A DNA stretch of 64,000 nucleotides, taken from the NCBI GenBank assembly GCA_048887225.1, contig JBHLJY010000003.1, positions 174,436-238,435 on the forward strand, written 5' to 3'. The stretch's first letter is position 1, and every line of letters starts with the position of its first letter. The stretch comes from Candidatus Hodarchaeota archaeon (GTDB lineage: Archaea > Asgardarchaeota > Lokiarchaeia > Sigyniarchaeales > SOKP01). Shown one piece after another: positions 61,810 through 64,000 of this stretch. The notes below the pieces were generated by a model that worked only from the letters and a program-made list of their open reading frames with translations, was not told the origin of the DNA and did not search any database. The position numbers were made by a program, and so were the translations under genes.

Positions 61810-61878
61810 TTATCTTTTTAAACTTACTAATTTTTGTCCTTCTTCTTCAAGATTTAGTACTCGTTGGATTGCGTTTCT
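61810..61878 (-). pseudogene. Diverged remnant of the 3' end of the gene at 63785..64000
   Basis: RNAIQRVLNLEEEGQKLVSLKR* versus RNAIRRELNLEEEEGQKITYVIKR*. Confidence 0.65.
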
Positions 61879-61952
61879 TAAAAAAGTGATATTTATTTAA
61901 TATAAGATTTTAAACAAGAAAATAGTATAAGAATTTAATTGATAAATCTATT
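61876..61952 (+). repeat. Direct repeat copy 1 (two blocks, 22 and 29 nt)
   Basis: TCTTAAAAAAGTGATATTTATT and AGTATAAGAATTTAATTGATAAATCTATT recur at 63690-63741. Confidence 0.75.
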
Positions 61953-62021
61953 ATATTAACATTTAAAAAATTAATTTTAAAGTTTAAATCATCTATATAA
62001 AATAAAAAAGTTAAAATTATA

Positions 62022-63656
62022 ATGATAAGTAGTTCAAAGTTGATTTACCTTAAGCAAACTCTTGTATTCATATTGATTTTTCTGAGTTTCTTTTCTTTTT
62101 CATTATTTACTGCTTTAGACACTACTGATCCTCAAGAAGTACCAAAAAAAATAGAAAAGAGGGACACTATAGAGACCTTTGAAAAACCAAGAACTCAAAG
62201 TAACACATTTCCTCGATATGGGCTATATTCATGCAATTGGGACGGCACTAATTTTACTAGAATATTTGGTTCAGATGAAGTATTTATAACTGGAGGAAGA
62301 GTGTCTCCAAATGGATCAAAAATAGTATTACAGACTTGTAGAGATGTTACTGGGGATGGTAAAGTTGACAAATATGATATGACGGGTTTAGAGATTGCAA
62401 TGATGGATATCAATGGAGAGAACTTTCACAACTTAACTTATGATAATTATATTGATGCTGCTCCAAATTGGGCTCCAAATGGTTCAAAAATATTATGGTC
62501 TACTACAAGATTTTCAGGAGATAAAGGGGATATTGCCGTGATGAATTTGGATGGCTCAAACGCAGTTCAATTAACTACTCACGAAGAACACGAAGCTGAT
62601 CCTGCGTGGGTTAATGATAAAGTAGTCTATGCAAGGAATTATTCAATTTGGATGATGTATGAGAATGGTTCTAATCAAAAGCAATTAACCGATTTTGAAA
62701 ATAGGGGTGATCCTCATCCTAATAGTACTGATTGGAAATATGGAGATTATGATCCAGATTTATCCCCCGATGAGACTATGATAACATTTGAACGTCTACA
62801 AAATGATACGGATCCCCTTGAGTATGATATATTCGTAGCGAATATATCTAATGAATGGGATGTTACTGGTGAAAAGGACTTAAGTAAAAACAATTGGTCA
62901 GACGCTATTCCTGAATTTTCTCCGGACGGTAAAAAAATCATATTTTGGACCGGTGGTATTCCCTTTGGGGTACCAAATTGGCAGGAAAATATTGGAGAAA
63001 TGTTTGTAATAAATACTACGGGTGAGAACAGAACCCGAATTGATATAGATTATAACCCACCACACATTTATTTTGATCTAATTTTTATTAAAGAAAATCC
63101 TGATTGGTTCCCGTCGGCAACTTGGGAAATTAATGGAATCCCTGATGTTATATTTAGCGGTAAATTCTATGGCGAATGGGTTCCACCGGTCTTTGTCGAT
63201 GGTAGACCCGAAGATATCACTTTATCATCATGTCCTATTGGTTATAATATAACATGGGATGTAATGGATGCAGATCCTGATAATTACACAATAGAAATAA
63301 ATGGGGGTAATTATAAAACTAGTGATTGGGACGGTGATCCAATTGTCATGAAGTTAGATAATTTTGGTCGAGGATTTTACGAAATTAATATAACTGTATT
63401 TGACCAAGCGAATTATAACATTACAGACTCGGTTAATGTGAATATTACATACTGCGTATGGGGTGACGATGATGATGATAACGACGACGACGATGAACCT
63501 CCTCCAGCAATAGAAGGTTATAATATTATTCTCATTATAGGATCAAGTGTAGTTTTAAATATTATAATTATTAAAAAGAAGTTAAGTATCAAACATAAGC
63601 TTAGTAAATCTAAATTAGACAGAAGGGATCGAGAAATTGAAGCTGAACAGATTTAA
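62022..63656 (+). CDS. Secreted TolB-like beta-propeller protein with Asp-rich linker and Loki-CTERM-like anchor
   Basis: N-terminal TM; SPNG/SPDG repeats; DDDDNDDDD-PPPAIEGY-TM-KKK. Confidence 0.8.
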   Translation: MISSSKLIYLKQTLVFILIFLSFFSFSLFTALDTTDPQEVPKKIEKRDTIETFEKPRTQSNTFPRYGLYSCNWDGTNFTRIFGSDEVFITGGRVSPNGSKIVLQTCRDVTGDGKVDKYDMTGLEIAMMDINGENFHNLTYDNYIDAAPNWAPNGSKILWSTTRFSGDKGDIAVMNLDGSNAVQLTTHEEHEADPAWVNDKVVYARNYSIWMMYENGSNQKQLTDFENRGDPHPNSTDWKYGDYDPDLSPDETMITFERLQNDTDPLEYDIFVANISNEWDVTGEKDLSKNNWSDAIPEFSPDGKKIIFWTGGIPFGVPNWQENIGEMFVINTTGENRTRIDIDYNPPHIYFDLIFIKENPDWFPSATWEINGIPDVIFSGKFYGEWVPPVFVDGRPEDITLSSCPIGYNITWDVMDADPDNYTIEINGGNYKTSDWDGDPIVMKLDNFGRGFYEINITVFDQANYNITDSVNVNITYCVWGDDDDDNDDDDEPPPAIEGYNIILIIGSSVVLNIIIIKKKLSIKHKLSKSKLDRRDREIEAEQI

Positions 63657-63689
63657 TTTATTATCACCAAATAGTAAATACAGAAGAAA

Positions 63690-63741
63690 TCTTAAAAAAG
63701 TGATATTTATTAAGTATAAGAATTTAATTGATAAATCTATT
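63690..63741 (+). repeat. Direct repeat copy 2
   Basis: Same two blocks, lacking the roughly 25-nt spacer of copy 1. Confidence 0.75.
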
Positions 63742-63784
63742 CTATTAATATTTTAAAATTTTTTTTATTAAAAAAACAAGGAGA

Positions 63785-64000
63785 TTACCTTTTTATAACA
63801 TAAGTTATTTTTTGACCCTCTTCTTCTTCGAGATTTAATTCTCGTCTAATCGCATTTCTAACTAAATATCCACCAATGTGGAGTATCGAGTCCTTTAAGA
63901 TGTTGCATTGTTCCATACTCGCATTACAAGGGTACGCATGGTGCGCCTTACTTATTTTCTCATTAAGAGATAATTCGCCATTGTCAATATATTTCCCCTT
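63785..64000 (-). CDS. 3' end of a gene running off the window end (...KAHHAYPCNASMEQC...RNAIRRELNLEEEEGQKITYVIKR)
   Basis: 71 open codons followed by TAA at 63785-63787. Confidence 0.75.
   Translation of the reverse strand, partial: KGKYIDNGELSLNEKISKAHHAYPCNASMEQCNILKDSILHIGGYLVRNAIRRELNLEEEEGQKITYVIKR

Noticed and set aside
3080-62941. Numerous 60-125 aa ORFs antisense to or overlapping long genes (for example 3080, 6037, 12849, 26370, 33346, 55150, 57684)
   Set aside because: No motifs; composition typical of reverse-frame shadows
1-64000. CRISPR arrays, rRNA, transposases, integrases
   Set aside because: None recognisable; the genes flanking the tRNAs show no integrase or att duplication

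Overview
AT-rich archaeal window, most consistent with an Asgard archaeon (Lokiarchaeia-like). The evidence is Roadblock/LC7 proteins, Roadblock-small GTPase fusions, three gelsolin-domain proteins, 7TM-longin proteins, a Loki-CTERM-like tail, BHB-intron tRNAs and GGTGA/GAGG ribosome-binding sites. The core is a nearly contiguous archaeal (modified, Aeropyrum-type) mevalonate/isoprenoid cluster: uppS, HMG-CoA synthase with a DUF35-like tail, class II HMG-CoA reductase, ubiX, ubiD, AcnX large and small subunits, mevalonate kinase and an IPK-IDI2 fusion, with a prenyl synthase and a GGR-family gene nearby. Three tRNAs are present (Met with two introns, Thr, Leu). The signals not explained by the ORF track are: (1) a 19-codon leader ORF with 10 Ile codons followed by a 14-bp inverted repeat enclosing U-tracts, directly upstream of citramalate synthase, which looks like ribosome-mediated attenuation in an archaeon; (2) a gene whose SD-led N-terminal extension contains an in-frame TGA, a candidate selenoprotein; (3) repeated apparent use of ATA/ATT/ACG starts; (4) several unannotated small ORFs, including a tail-anchored membrane peptide in a gelsolin operon. 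All family assignments come from motif recognition by eye; no searches were run.
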